Of a DNA stretch of 64,000 nucleotides, positions 40,777-55,429 are shown piece by piece. Position 1 is the stretch's first letter. Each line of letters starts with the position of its first letter. Under the pieces are notes generated by a model. That model made no database searches. It saw nothing but the letters and a program-made list of their open reading frames with translations, and was not told where the DNA came from. This DNA comes from Octopus bimaculoides. Lineage: Eukaryota. The translations under genes and the position numbers were made by a program. Where the stretch lies: assembly GCF_001194135.2 (NCBI RefSeq), contig NC_068986.1, positions 69,274,442 to 69,338,441 of the forward strand, read 5' to 3'.

Positions 40777-40977
40777 TATTGGTTTCAAATATTAGTACAA
40801 AGCCAGCAGTTTCGGGGGAGGAGGCAAGTCGATAAGGTCGACCCCAGTGCTCAACTGGTGGTTATTTTATCGACCCCAGAAGACAAAATCGATCTTGGCA
40901 GAATTTGAACTCAGAATGGACGAAATGCTGCTAAGTACTTTGCTCTAATTGCTAACGATTCTGCCAGCTCGCTGCCT
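40777..40977 (-). mobile_element. SINE family A copy
   Basis: tattggtttcaaat...gacccc...gaatttgaactcagaa...gctaacgattctgccagctc is the reverse complement of the 5.3-kb copy. Confidence 0.85.
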
Positions 40978-41971
40978 TTATCCTCACCTCAATATAATGT
41001 TATTTCTAAAATCAAGTTTGTAAGTTAACCATTTGAAAAACAAAGATACATACATTGTGTAGAATCTCGAAATATTTACCCTTTTTCTGACAAAATTACA
41101 TGATTTTATCGGGTCAGTGTTTTGATACAGTCTCTGAGACATTAAGCAGATGGAAAACTAAATGGATAGGAGGTTAATCTTTAAATGGAATTGTGACATC
41201 CATTTTTCAGACACTGAAGCAAGATAAGTCAAACGAAGCATGTGTAATTAAGTGTCTTACTTCAAGGCAAGCCAGTATTAGTATAATACAAGGATATCGA
41301 TACAATATCTATGAAAGCTAAAATATATTCTCATTATTTCATTTGCTTTATCTTGCATCTAACACGTGGTAAACTTTATTGTGAAAATAGTTTTACTAAG
41401 TAGCTATCATGAGATCCATTAGTAACTGCGGTTTTGAGAGCGTTAACAGTCAGAAACAGACTAAATTCAGATAAGTTTCTCATATTTCCAGAAAATTAGA
41501 AAATAGTGCCATCAGTAAAATAATGCGTTGTTTCATGCAAAACAGATGAATTTGTTATAGTAGATATCATAACGAAAATATTTCCAATCTAAGACTTTAA
41601 TTTCTTTTGAATAACACAAACAGCATTAAAAGTACATTTGATAGAAATCTACCGTCCTATATATTAACAGATCTAAATTAGATCTGCTGATGGAAACTCC
41701 ATTGCTTATTTGATATTTTATCATTTCTTTTTACGGTAAAAATATTCTCTCTCGATAGCGGACAATTAGTAAGCTATATTTCGCAGATTTCATATATATA
41801 TNNNNNNNNNNNNNNNNNNNNNNNNNNNNNNNNNNNNNNNNNNNNNNNNNNNNNNNNNNNNNNNNNNNNNNNNNNNNNNNNNNNNNNNNNNNNNNNNNNN
41901 NNNNNNNNNNNNNNNNNNNATATATTCGCCTTGTAGGAGTATTGCTATGGTAATTAATGTCAGTAAACATC

Positions 41972-42130
41972 AGGACGAAAGCATAGTTGTGCGATTAAGA
42001 GTTTCGCTTGGCATGTATATAGTCTCACGTTCGATCCCACAGTATTGGAGAATGTGCAAATGTCATCTACCATAGCGTCGAACCAACGAAAGCATTGAGA
42101 ACGAAATTTGAGTGGCAGAAACCTTTTGGC
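41972..42130 (+). mobile_element. SINE family B diverged copy
   Basis: gttgtgcgattaagagtttcgctt...cgttcgatcccac...ctaccatagcgtcgaaccaacgaaagc aligns by eye with the 58.8-kb copy. Confidence 0.55.
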
Positions 42131-42469
42131 TTCACGACTGAGGGATTGTTCCTGCTAAACATCACTATTTCATCCTTGGCTATCTTTAGCGAAGTTATCT
42201 AACCAGCGACCTTATAAAAGTATGCGAGTGTTGCCCTTTGTCTTCTGACTAAACCTTACAAAATCGTGCGGGAATTGTAATCCTACCGATTAAAGAAATT
42301 TATTTAATTTGATAACTATAATAAAATATAATAGATACGAAGGAATCATTAATCGCATCTCACAGATTCAAGTAATTGAAGCTCTTCATGAGAACTGAGT
42401 TCAAGAAGCCAAGATCTTTGTGTAAGATTCGACCACAAAACTATGATGTTTCAAGGCTGCCAGTTTATC

Positions 42470-42555
42470 ATTTTCTGGCTTATATTTTGGCAAAAGTTTG
42501 GCTTATATTTTGGTAAAATACAAAATTTTGGCTTATATTTTGGCAAAATACAAAA
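42470..42555. repeat. Short tandem repeat of tggcttatattttgg(c/t)aaaa(tacaaaa), 3 copies
   Basis: Directly visible repetition. Confidence 0.85.
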
Positions 42556-44924
42556 TGAATTAAACAGTTAAGCCGATTTGTTTTACACTTCTGATCCATC
42601 TTTCAATAAAACTTGAAGGAGACATTATGTGATTCTTCGTTCTTCCAGAAATAGAAGCAAATCTCCCTCATATCACATGCGACAGTTTTAAAATAGGATG
42701 CATTAGAAAAGTAAGAAAAAACGAGATGGTCACGACTTGAACACTTTTGTTTATAGGCATGCCCGTCTCGGTCCGACATAGGAAAGCAAACTTCAATGCC
42801 TGTATGAGTACATTATAACATCATGATGTAAGGCTGATTAGAATTACTAAAGAGTCGCGCAAAATAGCTTTTGGTACCTGTTGCGGCTTTTTAAGTTCTT
42901 AGTTTAAATATAGTTGAGGCCAGCTTTGCCTTTTAATCTCATAGGGTAATTAAATGAAGTTCCATTTAAGTACTGGTATCTATGTAATTAAATTCTTTTC
43001 TAATCATCAAGCCATGTGCCCATGTTAAGAACAATTATTAGGGGCGAAAGAAAGCCTGTACATTGGCAGCATTGTCAGAGTAGCTGAACAAACCACTAAA
43101 CTCATTGTAGAATTCAGTTACGTCTTTTTAAATTCATTCTTAGTTCCAATTTTGACGAGATCGGCATTTCCTTTCATTGTCGGTGGGTCTACAAAATGTA
43201 TTAAATTGATTTAAGGTGACTATAGTCACCCTTCAAAATTGTGATCGTGTGTCTATGCCTGAAATCATTATGAATAGTGAAATCAGCAGAAAAAAAATTG
43301 TACTAGACATTTTACGGTTTCTCAAATTTTACTTCACTGTTCTGTATTTTTCATCTTTCAATTCTCGAAACTTCACAAAATATCCATAATATGCTGGCAT
43401 TTATCTCATGCCTGTAATCCTAGTGACTACAGAAATAATGAAACTCATGAATATTTCTCTTTTATTTACAATGTAAGATGTATACTATGACACACTACTG
43501 ACTAATGTCTGTTTCACTCCTGGAAAGAAGCACAAAGTAAATACAATCTAAATCTCATTATTTGATTTAATAACACTTTGAAACTAAACATTTTACATTG
43601 GTGCCATGGGGGAGCGGCAAATTTATCTGTCATATATAGCACAAGTCTTATTCTATTCTTTCTTTCAATTGTTAACCATTTATAACTTTTGGATATTTTG
43701 TTTATAGTAAGAATTTCACTTATATTGCGAGTTCAGAGTTCGCTGACAGTTAAGACATTACTTATTGAAACAAGTAAGTTTGCTTCGAAATTTCATTGGA
43801 ATTTATGTCTGGCCAAGTGAGATACGAAAAGAAAGTTTCTGTTATCGGCTGCTTTTACTGGAATTATCTAAGCTTCGTTTCGAGATTTTTTTAATCTGCG
43901 TACAGAATTGTTAGTAGATTGCTTTCCTGTCTAGATATCAACTTACAACTTCAAATTTAGTTGATAGACTTCAGAGAGCGTCATTTCAAGTTATATTGAC
44001 AAGGAAAAACACTAGAAACCACTTGAGTATTTAGGCACTCATACGGTGTTATTTCTATACAACCTTCCATTTTCTCTTTCATCCTAACCCCACATACCCT
44101 TATGATAAATGGAGTTATGTCATTTTATTATATTTATTGAATTTGGGAAACTCAGAATTGCAAGTGTGTTAGCAAAATGAACCATAATTCTATTTCCATC
44201 TGGGAGATTTATAATATTGCTGTAGCCACTTCAGACTCTTTCAATCAGTACTGGTCTATCCCTGCTTTTCTCACAAAAATCAATATTATTTGTAGGTCAA
44301 AAGCAGTTTTCATCAATATTGGGGTTATCTCAGAGTACGTATACGAAGCCATCAGTTTCGGGGTTAACCTAAACATGAAAACTGATTAAATCCATTCTTT
44401 TATTACACCCTGAATCAACATGCCTCCATTCAGATACAAATATTTGGAATAGAGATGAATAAAAGGTATGCATAATGTCTATAAAACATTGAATGAACTA
44501 TGTAGCATATTGAGAAATAGGAAAACAATTGACGTCTGTAGTAGTACCAACGCAACATATTTAATGAATTTGAGTGAATTCTTTGCAACATTTAGTTTCA
44601 TTTCATTATTTACCCAAACAAACTACTTGCTTTTTAAATCAAATTCGAATGCTTATGCTTGTATATCGTAATTACTCTAAATGTTTGATTCAAAATAGAT
44701 TGCTAACATTATATCATTTCTTTGCGCCTACTGTCCAATAATTTTAAAAGGATAAATGGAAAATATGACATTAGAGTTTACTTTCAAGTGAAATGATTTC
44801 AACTATAAATTGAAACTGTTGCTTGATCAAAACCTGTCGAAAGTTTATTTATTGTTCTGTAGTATTCATTTTATTTAATATCAATATTATGAGTATGTAA
44901 ATGGGTGAGAAGCAGACAAATTCG

Positions 44925-45130
44925 TTAGCACACGGAACAAAATGGTAGCAGCATTCCTTCTGACTGCTTATGTTCTGAGTTCAAATTCTACCGAGGTCAA
45001 CCCTACCTTTCATTCCTGCGGAGACGATAACATGAGTACCAGATAAAATATGTAGCAGTTTAAGCATTGGAAGCGATATACTCTATTGGTCCCCTTCCAC
45101 AAAATTTAAAGCCTTGCACGTATATTAGAA
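44925..45130 (+). mobile_element. SINE family A diverged copy
   Basis: ttcgttagcacac...gttctgagttcaaattctaccgaggtcaaccctacctttcattcc...gagtaccag. Confidence 0.7.
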
Positions 45131-46459
45131 AGGACTATTATGAATTTGTATATTTTCGACATTGGAATATTTGTGGTCAATTTAGTTTCAACTTATTACT
45201 TTTCCTTGATATTTAAGAAATTAAAACATTGTCCAATAATTATGTTTGTTTCTCCTAAGCAATAAAACAATTGATGTTCAATTAATATATGATGTCTCTC
45301 AAGCATAGTTTTCACTTTTTCTTTAAATAGACAATGTTGGACTCATTTTAAAGACTTGATCAAATTTTGATATTCATGAAGGCCATAAGTTAGACTATTT
45401 ATTTTCAAAATAAAATACATGGCGCTCATATTCTCCATGCGTTCGAAATTTGGAAATACTCTGACTGGAATTATCTGAGGATTGACGGAGAAACACGGAC
45501 TCGAATAAGTGGAATATTTATATCCACTTTACAATGCATATCCCGTTCTTTCCAAATATTTAGATATTCTATCCCTATAGTATAAAAGAGTCGACCCCTT
45601 GAAAATATCAACACCCTAGACAATTTACTTTCTCTGTTCTATTAACGCTCTTCCAAAAACAAAGGTGAAAACAGTTGTTTTCTGACTCCTGAAACTAAAC
45701 TATTGAGAGGAAAAAGTTTGCTAAAGGACGTTTGAAAAGTAGTCTCCATATAATGTCATGCCATTTTTCTGGGAAAAACGTATATATATACCAATTAAAG
45801 TAATATATGTTAGGAATGTGTGAGAGAAAGAGCATTGCTCAGAAATAAAGAAAGGAAATAAAGAAAATTATCGCAAGATAAGGGGTTTAAAAAAATATAA
45901 AAGAAATATTCTGCAATGAAAGAAAAAAACCCCAGCTAAAACGGAGATTTCTGTAAAGAATCGTTTACATTTCAAGAGGGAAATAAACATAAAAGATTTT
46001 AATGTTATTTGATAAGTAGAAAATATTTCAACAAATGAAAAATGATAGAGTTTTCCATTAGGAGGTCTTTACATTTTGCACATAACAAACAAAACAAAAA
46101 CGCAAAAGATACAAAATAAAACTGAGAATTGCCTTCTTAAAATAATAAAAAGAAAAATCAAAAGTGTTTTAAATAAAAATAATACATCAAATGCAAATAA
46201 ACCCAAAAAGGCCATAGCTGTTTTTAAAATTAAGAAGTNNNNNNNNNNTATATATATGCATATATATATATATGCATATATATATATGCATATATACACA
46301 CATATATATATGCATATATACACACATATATACATATTCATATATATACATATATATTCATATATATTCATATATATACATATTTATGCATATATATACT
46401 TATACACACACATGTATATATATATTACAATTGTATGTATATGCAAATATACATATGCG

Positions 46460-46526
<67 letters not shown>

Positions 46527-49500
46527 GCGTGTATGTAAGGTTAAACAGTGCACGACTCAAGAGGTTCTTCTTGCTATCTTTATGTATACGAGAATTTAGC
46601 AGTTAATGAAAAGTGAAGAATCAATTATTTGCTGATTAATACGCTCAGGTTGGTTCGAATGCAGAATACGCTGGTCGCTGTTGTACATGCCATATGAGAC
46701 GACGTCGTGTTCATAACATATTCGACTCTTTGGGCTACGGATTCTAGTATACTGATGTTTGGACATGTGCTTCAATGAGCTTCAAACATACCAGATAAAG
46801 AAATGTAGAATATTTACTGTAATTTAGCTCACACACACACACACAGAAAACGGGGTAAATCCATTTCATCTACCAACTGTTTACCCAGAGTCCATACGAT
46901 TTGGAAGTTCGGGAAAAAAAAAGTCGCTAACTTTGTGTGGAAAAACGGCAGTAGGTCATACAAAACAAAGCGAAGATAAAAGTTACGGCTAAAAACAAAG
47001 GCGTAGACGAAAGATTGATCCAAAAAGTAAAATAAAACCCAAAACAAAATCACCCCCCCCCCACACACACATACATACAGAGTAACAGATACATGCGGAG
47101 TATAAACGAAGAATGTGACTTACGACTGCTACAAAGAAGAGATATAACGTGGATGAAAATATAGGGAGACTTTTGTCTGGGTAAACAACTCCAACAGAGA
47201 AATATTGGGACTAGGGTGACGTGATCTCGCAAGTCCAAAAGCTAACAGGAAGGATGTGCAGAAGTGAGTAGCATAAGAGGAGTGACCGCCAGTGAAAGGG
47301 AGTGAGAGAGAAAGTGGGAGAAAAAGAGAGAGTGAGTGAAGATGAAGCAAGTAAACTACATACACATACACATTCACACACGCACATATGCACCTATACA
47401 TGTGCATATTCCACTGCAATATATATTGAGTAAAATAAATACCAGTAATGTATATCCGTCGAATGTTTTTAGTATATCTCAGTATCTTGCAAAAAACCTT
47501 TATTCTTTGACAGACAGCATTTAAAATGAGGTTTGTGGGCCAGTAACTACTTTTATTTCGACCAATATTTTATGCGAAATACTCAGAACCACTTGTATGG
47601 CAATATAAAAGGATTAAGTAATAGGAATCAGATTTCGAATGTTTTTTTAAGTGTAGTAGAAAATGATAAATACATTGGTAGATCTTCGTTTCAGTCTGAA
47701 GTGTTAAAGACAAAAGATATTCAAGTGTCAACTTGTAAATACAATCTAACACAAAGAACAAAACACAAAAATAAGCCCTGATTGAAGCAAAATCTTTTTT
47801 CCTTACATAACTTCAGCCTATCGTAGTGAATTATAAATCAAGTTCTGCGCACAATCCGTGCATTTTATTGGTTATATTTTGGTGGCTCCTGCAAGTTGAT
47901 CTTAATAGAATTTGAACCCAGAATGGTGATAAATGTGTATCAGAAGATAGAATTTATCTTACATAGGTACAATATTTGTTTTGTATGGAGAAAAGAAAAA
48001 AATGCTTTCCTTAGAAATGGAAATAGTAAATAGGCTGCGGGCAAGACTTGCCTCCAGTTCACATCTTTTATCTATTGTTACTGTATATCCTTGTCTATAA
48101 ATACTTCATAAAGTTAACTCATATGTTTCGAGATGGTTTTCTATCTAAATCACATTGGTATTAGACAGAAAAAAAATGTGATTTTGCTGGAAATCGAATT
48201 TCTGCTGAAGTCATTAACTTCTCATCTATTCATCTCTTTGCAGAATGGCTAAAATTTCTTTAAAAATTCACTACTTATAATATTTCTATTGTCGAATATG
48301 AACACAGTTTACTAAAGAGACATTCGATTTTTCGATCTTTTGTTTTATGTTAGTATTTAGAAATACGTCTTTATTTGAAATACGTTCCTTTCATCACTCT
48401 CGCTAATGACGTCTCGACAATCATATACGTTGATATTGGGTTGTTGACCGTGTATTGTTCTTCGGTCGTTCCAGTTGTTAAACTTTCATATTTTCCCTGT
48501 GAAGTTGCATAGCCATTTGTTAATACCGCAAAATCCTATTAAGGGAGCCTCAGATTCTTCAAAATTCTTTAAGACTACTGATACTGAACATATGCTCAGA
48601 TCATTTCTCTATAAAAAGCGCTTATTTAAATCAACTATTCAGTGTCGCTCTTAATCAGTATATTATATCTATTTATCAGTTGCGTGCAGCAGTATACTGC
48701 ATGTTCTCGCAATTTTATGTATGATATTATAAAGTGGAAACTATCTGTATATTTAAGCATACACAACAAATGATATGTATTTGTATACTTCCCTATGAGG
48801 CTACACATCTGATTTATCATATACAATTTCACTCTTTATAAGCACGATTTAACAATGTTTGGCGTTAGGAGGAACAACACAAATTTGTAATCTATCTAAA
48901 CACCAGTTTATATTTACTTTAAGGGTAGACGTAAAAAACCCTATATTATAAAAGAATACGAATTCCCTTGAGAGGAAACAGCTTTCCTCACTGGGGCAGA
49001 AAATCGGAGTAGCAAAGATATACATTATATTATTATGCAAAAGAAAAATATTTAAAAAATAATACAACAGAAATGGTTAAACGTGACACATATAACAATG
49101 TTTCACTCTAGTGGTTACTGCATAGATAAATGCATCCGTTATTTTTGATATTCAGGAAAAGTAGAATTTCATTCGCTCTGAAAGCACCACATGGTATTAG
49201 ATAAGGAAAAAAACAAAAAAAGACAAAACAAGGGTAAAAACAACGACAACAATAAAACCTAAGCAAAAACGCTTTAAATATATAAATTCGCAGAATAAAG
49301 AAAGTCAAAACAAAAGCTACTCCATGAAATTGAGATAAAACTTAGGACACATTTCATCCCTTAAGTTTTTTTTTCTGTACTTGTTGGGTCCATGAGGAAT
49401 TGGCTAGTGTTAACTGCAGCCTCGATAAGGTGATTATGTTTCATTCTATGATATTCTATAGGCCCTTTGAATTTTATTACATTCTGCTTATGATTCACTT

Positions 49501-49895
49501 CTATTTCTCTGCTATTGTATTTCTGCTGATAGAAAATATTCAAGATGTGTGGTAGCAAATGTTAAGTATGAAAACAATAAATTACATATTTTGAATTAAA
49601 ATGCTGTCTGCTACCGACTTCCAATATTCTGCTTAATTATAATTCATTTTAGTGTTCAATCTAGATTTGCGCAAATATCGCTAAATGAAAATATCCAGAA
49701 AAAAAAATCAACTCAATTGTTGTTAGCTCCAAATCAAGCACGATGAAGATCAAATGTTTTTTATCCATGACCATCGTATCAAATTTTCGTTCATAACATA
49801 ATCAGTTATAAATTTATCCAATGCATCCTTCCGTTTTTAAGTAATTGGGACGTGACTTAGTTACTATAACTAGCTTGTTGAACGACCTCTTAGAG

Positions 49896-52684
49896 TAGTG
49901 TTTCCTAACGGAGCCAGCACTTTCCCTTGGGATTTCACATTTGGTATTATGAGGAGGGTAGTGAGCAAAATTATATTACAGGCGGTGGCGATGGCGGTGA
50001 ATAAATTTGTATATCATCATCAGTAAAGTAACGATAAAGGCGGAAAACACTATACTGCCAAATTTGATTATATTTTACAGGTTAATTTTTTTTACTTTAA
50101 AAATATTGGGTTTAAAAATACACGGATGTCCCAAGTGATAATAATACCAGTGTACATTCCATGCATTAAAATATGAGTACTTTTGGCATATCTCTGACAT
50201 GTTTCTCAGCGTGGTGATGTAGGTTTTTACAATTAAAGTGTCTTGGCGCGTCAGCGTAGGAAAATATTTTCACACAAGAATTAAGTTTTTCTCGATGCCT
50301 TTAGTTACAATCACGAAATTTCGTAATGCGATTTAATAGATATGTACTAATATAAATTGTAGTCTAGCAAGGTTTTGATCTCTACCAGTTGATAAATCAT
50401 TACCGGTTGACTGATCATTGAAGGAACCACTAACTTTTGACCGCATATTCTTCTTTTCTAAAATCTCAAAATCTCAGTTTTTAGACGATAACTCAGTCAG
50501 TCACCAGTTAGTAAACCACCACGCGTCTCGAACCAAGTAATTTTTAGAAAAATCCACTTGTGGAATTAAGTATTTAAAGCCCGAATTACTGATGTCAGCA
50601 ACCCCTTTCGTTCATCTATTTTATACACTTCGTGTCCCCACTCCTTAATCACTCTGTCAAGGCACACAAGTTTTTCACTATAAGTAAAGTTTATTCTGAA
50701 GCAAGTTTTGAAGAACATAGTACTACGGCTAAAATTTCCAAGAAAATATCTTCATTTTGAACGTACTTAAAATACGAGTTCTCTTTCACCGATTAAAACG
50801 TGTTTGAGTAGGTTTTTAACTCTTTATGTAGCAATGTATTCCCATACATTCTTTACGTCTAGTAATGTATTCTCCTTTTGTTTGTTCTTAAAAAAAATCT
50901 TTGACATCATGTTTTAAAAATACGAAATTAAAAAAATATCTGAATCTCAGTTATTTTCTTGTTTTGACTAGAACGTAAAAAAAGTGTAGTTTCTCTTAAG
51001 CGGAGGATCTGCGTGCTTTTTCGATGATTTTTACCGTTGGCGAATGTTGCTATGGATGAGCGTACGCATAAATATTCTTCGCCAATGAAAAACTATTTTT
51101 ATTTTTATTTTTAGCAAAGAAATTATTTTAAACTTCGTATTTATTCATGTTTTGTACAAATAGTTAAAACTACGTATAAACTACGTATTTTGTTTTTTTT
51201 AGTTGAACTTATTTGATGAAAATTTTAAAGTTTTGGTAATTAACTATTTCTTTTTTGTGATATTCGTGGCTCAAAACACATTTGCTATTAAACTTTCGAT
51301 ATTTCTTACCATTATGAACACGCAGGAAAATGACGACAGTCGTTCAAGTACTTCTATTAATGGAAAAAATAAAGAAAAAGATGCATCCAACAAACAAAAA
51401 CTAAAAAAGCTCTTCCTTCCCAGTGAAATATACGTCAAAGTTCAGCAATGTAAACAACCAGCAATTTGAAATTGTCACTCTAATTTCAACTGATAAGTGG
51501 CTCATGTGTCTTTCTTTAAAACCATCGCGTTGGAAAGAGTACGTTTGAGAGAGCACCCAGAAAAGAATTTATATGATAAACGTATCATAGTTACAAATGA
51601 TGAAGGTGACATTTGAAAGACATCTAAATATATCTAAACTATTCACAACTCCATTCGCAACTCCCTGTGTAATTCGTCAACCTTAGTGAGCAACTGCCTC
51701 CAAACTTAGCTTTAGTAATATTAGTTGTTAACAAATCAAAATTTGGAGCCTTAAACATTAGACTGTGCTGAGAAAATTTTAAAATACGAATTTTCAACAC
51801 TAAAGTTGTATGACAGTCAAAAGAAGCCTGCTATTGAATTCTACTTATAAATACATCTTGATGACCAACTAGCAAATGGTATTGACTTTATTCGTGGAGA
51901 TGAGATTTTGCTTATATTTATGGCAAAGAATCAAATTCAATATAATACACGCAAAGAATGAAGTTAACAGCTTTATAATTAAAAATGAATTGTATGCGTG
52001 AAACCTTGGCAGACGAAAGCTTCACAAAAGTATTTACAAATGATATCTGAAGACCGATTTTGAACATCTATAATAATTGAAAGATAATTTTGAGACAAAA
52101 TTTAATGATTTGATTAAACTGGGGATTTCTGACTGGGTAAACAAACCCTGTTTTATGCAAAATAGAACAAAAAATTGAATTACATGAAACAATCATTGAT
52201 TTACAAAATGATGAAAAAGAAAAGTTGATTTTTGAAAATCAAAAATTTGTGTGAAATGTGGCTGCAATGTAGTTTGAAGTATTCGATATTGTGGAAGGAA
52301 GCCAAAATACTTTTTATTGCTTTTCCATTCTCCTATCTGAGTTGAAAAAGGTATTAGCGATGTAAATCAAATTTCGAGCAAAAATAGAAACCGAATGGAA
52401 GTAGTCAAGCGTGATGATTTACGACTTCTTTTATCAAATTTGGAAACAAATATTGCAAAACTTGCTGCAGATCACCAGCCACAGGGATCGCATTAATAAA
52501 TGATCTGTGCTATTTTAATTATTCTAATTTTAATCATATTAATTAATAATATGTGCTCTCATAATTATTCTTTTTTAGTCACATTAATAAAATTGTACCT
52601 TTATACGTCTAAAACTAGGGAGGGGCAACGTTAAGCATCTTAGTATTTAAGGCGACAATTGGGTAAAAAGTGTGGGAAACACTG
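49896..52684 (+). mobile_element. hAT Charlie/Buster (ZBED8/SCAND3-like) transposon remnant
   Basis: C-terminal dimerisation region LFIAFP..YL.EKG.SDVNQISSKNRNRMEVVKRDDLRLLLSNLETNIAKLAADHQPQGSH* (~52310-52497). Right TIR gtgggaaacactg (-52684); the left end tagtgtttcct (49896) is tentative and no TSD match was found. Confidence 0.75.
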
Positions 52685-52931
52685 GCTAATAGTCTTCCCA
52701 AGTAAACTCAATACTTCAAGGGAACATATTAATGAAAGATCCCTGCACACTTTTTCGCCCATGATTTAAGAGTGACTAGTTGTACTTGTATCTCGATCAT
52801 TGTAATGTTTTAAGTGAACATAATCCTGCCTAATTTCGATTTCCTAGAGATACCATTCCATTGTATCTATGCCACTTATGCACAACTTAATATATACTTT
52901 CCTCTCAAAACATACATACATATATATATGT

Positions 52932-53003
<72 letters not shown>

Positions 53004-53201
53004 GCATATATAACTTTTATCTTTTACGTGCTTAAATCATTAGGCTGCGGCTATTATATATTTCTGAGTCTGGTACTTATTCTACCGGTTCTTTTGCCGA
53101 ACCTCTAACTTACAGGGATGTAAACAAATTATCACCAATTTCTTTCATGTTCTCGCGAAAGCTTATAAATCCTCAAGACGTCTGTATACATACATACGCA
53201 T

Positions 53202-53347
<146 letters not shown>

Positions 53348-53429
53348 ATATGTATGCATGTATGTATGTATGTTATTGTGAGGCCGGTAGATCATGTGGA
53401 TCGGTACGTACGTTTTTATGTGTTTGCAG

Positions 53430-54140
53430 GAAGCTTTAAGATAACCACGGGCAGGATGATGTGCATCCATTTTGTGTTTTAGTGAGCGATGATAGTGTGT
53501 TGTGGTGTGTGTATGAGTATGTGGATGACGTTCGAATGAGTTCAAATTTTTTTCTGAGTACTGGTTCACGGGCGAATAGGATAGGGATGCTTTCAGCTGT
53601 ACATAAAATTGCAGAGTTTGAGGTCTCCATGATATAGTAGGAATTTGATAATTATAATCTATTTTAAATGACACTAAGTATGGTCTTCTTGAGAGTTCTA
53701 CAGCAGCTGGACAGTAAAGTCGCGTTTCTCTTGTAAGGGATTCGGAGAGGTATGTCGGAGATGGTTAAATCAAATCATGAACTCATTGACAGTAGGGCTC
53801 ATGTATTTTTTTTTAAGTTCCTCCTCATGCTGCATTTATGAACCTTTCTCTTCCTAAATAAAAGTGAGTTCTGAGGGCATGATGTTGTGCTGGAAAAGTT
53901 ACAAGCTCTTTTAGTTCATTTGTTAGGGTTATCAAAATCTGTTTTAAGTCCCTTAAGTATGACGACCTCGGAAGAGACAATAATCTGCGTTTAGTTGAGT
54001 GTAATATGTAGTAGTGTATAAGTGTGTTCTTATTAAATATTCTGTGCTAGTGATGATGTTGGGGCATGTGCCGTTGCGGAAATGAGTAGAAGGTCCAAGC
54101 AACGGCGATCATTATTTCCGAGTGGTGCCGGCACTTAACC
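53430..54140 (-). mobile_element. Unclassified decayed retroelement-like sequence
   Basis: Compositionally distinct, with broken A/C-rich minus-strand frames resembling PLE/LINE coding sequence. No diagnostic motif found. Confidence 0.25.
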
Positions 54141-55429
54141 CAACACCATTACTAGTGCTGTACATACGTTTAGTGCTTAAACGTCTATACGAGAGGCAAA
54201 TGTCACTGACAGATGATATACAAACAAAAACGCATAAACACACAGAGACACACATGTATATGCATATGAAAAGGAAAGAGACTGGTTTGTTGGGAGACAG
54301 AATAGGGATGAAGGGAATGTGACTTGAGGGAAGATTTTTCATGATAAATACACATACCATACAGTTTTCACATATGTAGTATAATAATCTGTAAAACTTC
54401 GATTGGCTGAACTTGTCTGTATAATTAGAAGACAAAGAATCTCTCCAGAGGCTGGAAAATGCAACATGTGCAGGAAACCATGTCTAGAAAGCTATCAGAT
54501 CGATAGCTTTTGGTCTTGATTGCAATATTGCTTTGTTTTATGCTGAGGATAGGTCCGTCCCTAATGTGCTCTTGGTACTTATATTTTTGGCTGCGGGACA
54601 TAAATACAGAAATAATATTTTGCACTTACTCTTCGTTGGTAAATATTCTCACACAACTTTTCACTTGTCAAAGGCTCTCATATATCAACTGTAGAATTAA
54701 ACAAGAGTAGATATTTATCGCCAACTTATTGAGTATTAAACGAAAATAGCTACGGATATCATAAAATATATTCCGAAGATGTGTCGCATGTAAACAGAAA
54801 TTTGTCAACCATAGGAAGTCGCGAGGTTAAGTCGATTTTAATGGAATGAACTTTAAAAAAGTGTATAATACTTATTAGCAAAATATATATAAGTTTATAC
54901 TTGAAATGTTTACATACTCTTCATTGAAATGGATTATTATTAATTCCTTCTACTTCAAGAGTTTTATGCAAAATATCTTTCAGATTATTTAGCAGCAAAA
55001 TAGTCATTCAGTAAGCATATGATAATTTAAGTCAAACTTTCTTTCAGTTTCATATTTTAGTAAATGTTAGTTTCTTTCCTTCCTGGAATAAAAAAAGAAA
55101 CTAAGGTCTTCTTTATTTAAAGCCAGATTGGATATGCTTCTAAGCAGTACATTTTTTAAACTTCGTAAATTGGTCCAATATTTATCGAGCTTCTACAAAA
55201 TAACGAAATCTAACTGCATTCGTAATGATTGTTAATGAATTGAAAAAAGCTACTCTGCTGTTTATTAGAAGGAAACTCGGGACTTCAATGAAAATCAGAA
55301 TTTTTATAGGACATTCTATAAGTAAAACATCAGGCACTATATTTTTAAAAATCCATAATGAAAATTTGGGTATATTTGTATCACTTAGTACTAGTTTTTT
55401 ATCAACATCCATTAATGATCACTTCTTCC

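Noticed and set aside
44150-44400. Minus-strand KTAFD..RKAGI reading like a CR1/L2 RT remnant
   Set aside because: Only one short motif, with several stops; insufficient for a feature call.
46076-46606. 176-aa Lys/Asn-rich ORF
   Set aside because: Low-complexity A-rich DNA joined through a 10-N gap to a (TA)-rich repeat; no domain.
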